Positions 63,471 through 64,000 of a stretch of DNA of 64,000 nt are shown here, piece by piece. This DNA comes from Candidatus Krumholzibacteriota bacterium. GTDB taxonomy: Bacteria; Krumholzibacteriota; Krumholzibacteriia; JAJRXK01. The notes beneath the pieces are model-generated. The model did no database searches, was not told where the DNA came from, and saw only the letters and a program-made list of their open reading frames with translations. Position numbers and translations under genes: made by a program. Position 1 is the first letter of the stretch. The number at the start of each line of letters is the position of its first letter. Where the stretch lies: NCBI GenBank assembly GCA_024276305.1, contig JAJRXK010000058.1, positions 104,692-168,691 of the forward strand, read 5' to 3'.

Positions 63471-63998
63471 TCAGCCTCTCGTGCTCCGCTCGTGCTCGGG
63501 GAGCAGGGCCTCGAGTTCCGCTTGAGCGTCTTCCAGTCGCTCCAAGAATGCCCCCTGCCCACGCCGCACGATCTCCCTCGCCTTGGCGCGGTAGTGCGCG
63601 ATTCCCTCGAGCAAATTGCTCTTGCACTCCAGTGACGACTCGAGAGTGGAGGTGGCCAGGCCGCTCGCGCGGCGCTGGACCTCTTCCTTGAGTCGGTCGA
63701 CGTGGAGGGAGAGTTCCTTCAGGAACATGTGGGGGCGATCCGGACTCAAACCAACCTGTGCCCGCCCGTAGATGTGATCGACCATCTCCCGCAGGGAGGA
63801 GGGACGCTGGTAGTAGACGGTATTCGGCCCGCAGCAGACCGTGGTCTGGATCGACTCGTCGAATCCGTGGTTGCGAGCCGCGCTGCCGGCCAGATCACGG
63901 CAGAGGCAGGCCTTGGTCAGGGTCAGATCCAAAGCGTCGTCGCGAGCCACGGGGTCGAGATTCGCACTCGCGATCTCCTGCAGTTTGCGATTCTGGTA
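63471..63998 (-). CDS. C-terminal part of a hypothetical protein (start lies beyond the window)
   Basis: Frame is open to the window edge: YQ..KL...KACLCRDL...VCCGPN..Y...EMVDHIYGR...RPHMFLKEL. Confidence 0.7.
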   Translation of the reverse strand, partial: YQNRKLQEIASANLDPVARDDALDLTLTKACLCRDLAGSAARNHGFDESIQTTVCCGPNTVYYQRPSSLREMVDHIYGRAQVGLSPDRPHMFLKELSLHVDRLKEEVQRRASGLATSTLESSLECKSNLLEGIAHYRAKAREIVRRGQGAFLERLEDAQAELEALLPEHERSTRG

Positions 63999-64000
63999 GC

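Overview
A GC-rich (~65% by eye) bacterial chromosomal window, probably from the FCB superphylum, judged from a secreted S8 protease ending in an 'NFPNPFNPSTTIAF' FlgD-Ig/secretion-type domain. I see no mobile elements, prophage or CRISPR array. Core content: the start of a nuoABCDH operon with no nuoEFG between D and H, ArsR-rlmH, four hybrid histidine kinases (two translationally coupled to orphan ABC solute-binding proteins), an ECF/anti-sigma/DUF4252 unit, a phoR-porin-pstSCAB-phoU operon, feoAB-NAT behind a Fur-like box, a CLC transporter, an esterase-decarboxylase-trmJ operon, arfB, a complete F0F1 atp operon, tRNA-Gln(UUG), a degenerate sigma-like gene and a nitrilase. The strongest lead is a head-to-head pair, 59 bp apart, of an Elp3 radical-SAM/KAT tRNA U34 carboxymethylase and a Trm9/ALKBH8-like methyltransferase. 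Together they would give a bacterium a eukaryote/archaea-type mcm5U34 wobble pathway. Other leads are a decarboxylase with the CSAD F-X19-S-X-Y motif, a cluster of DnaA-box-like 9-mers downstream of rlmH, and the SBP-kinase sensors. All calls come from reading motifs by eye; no database searches were run, and start codons are my best picks.
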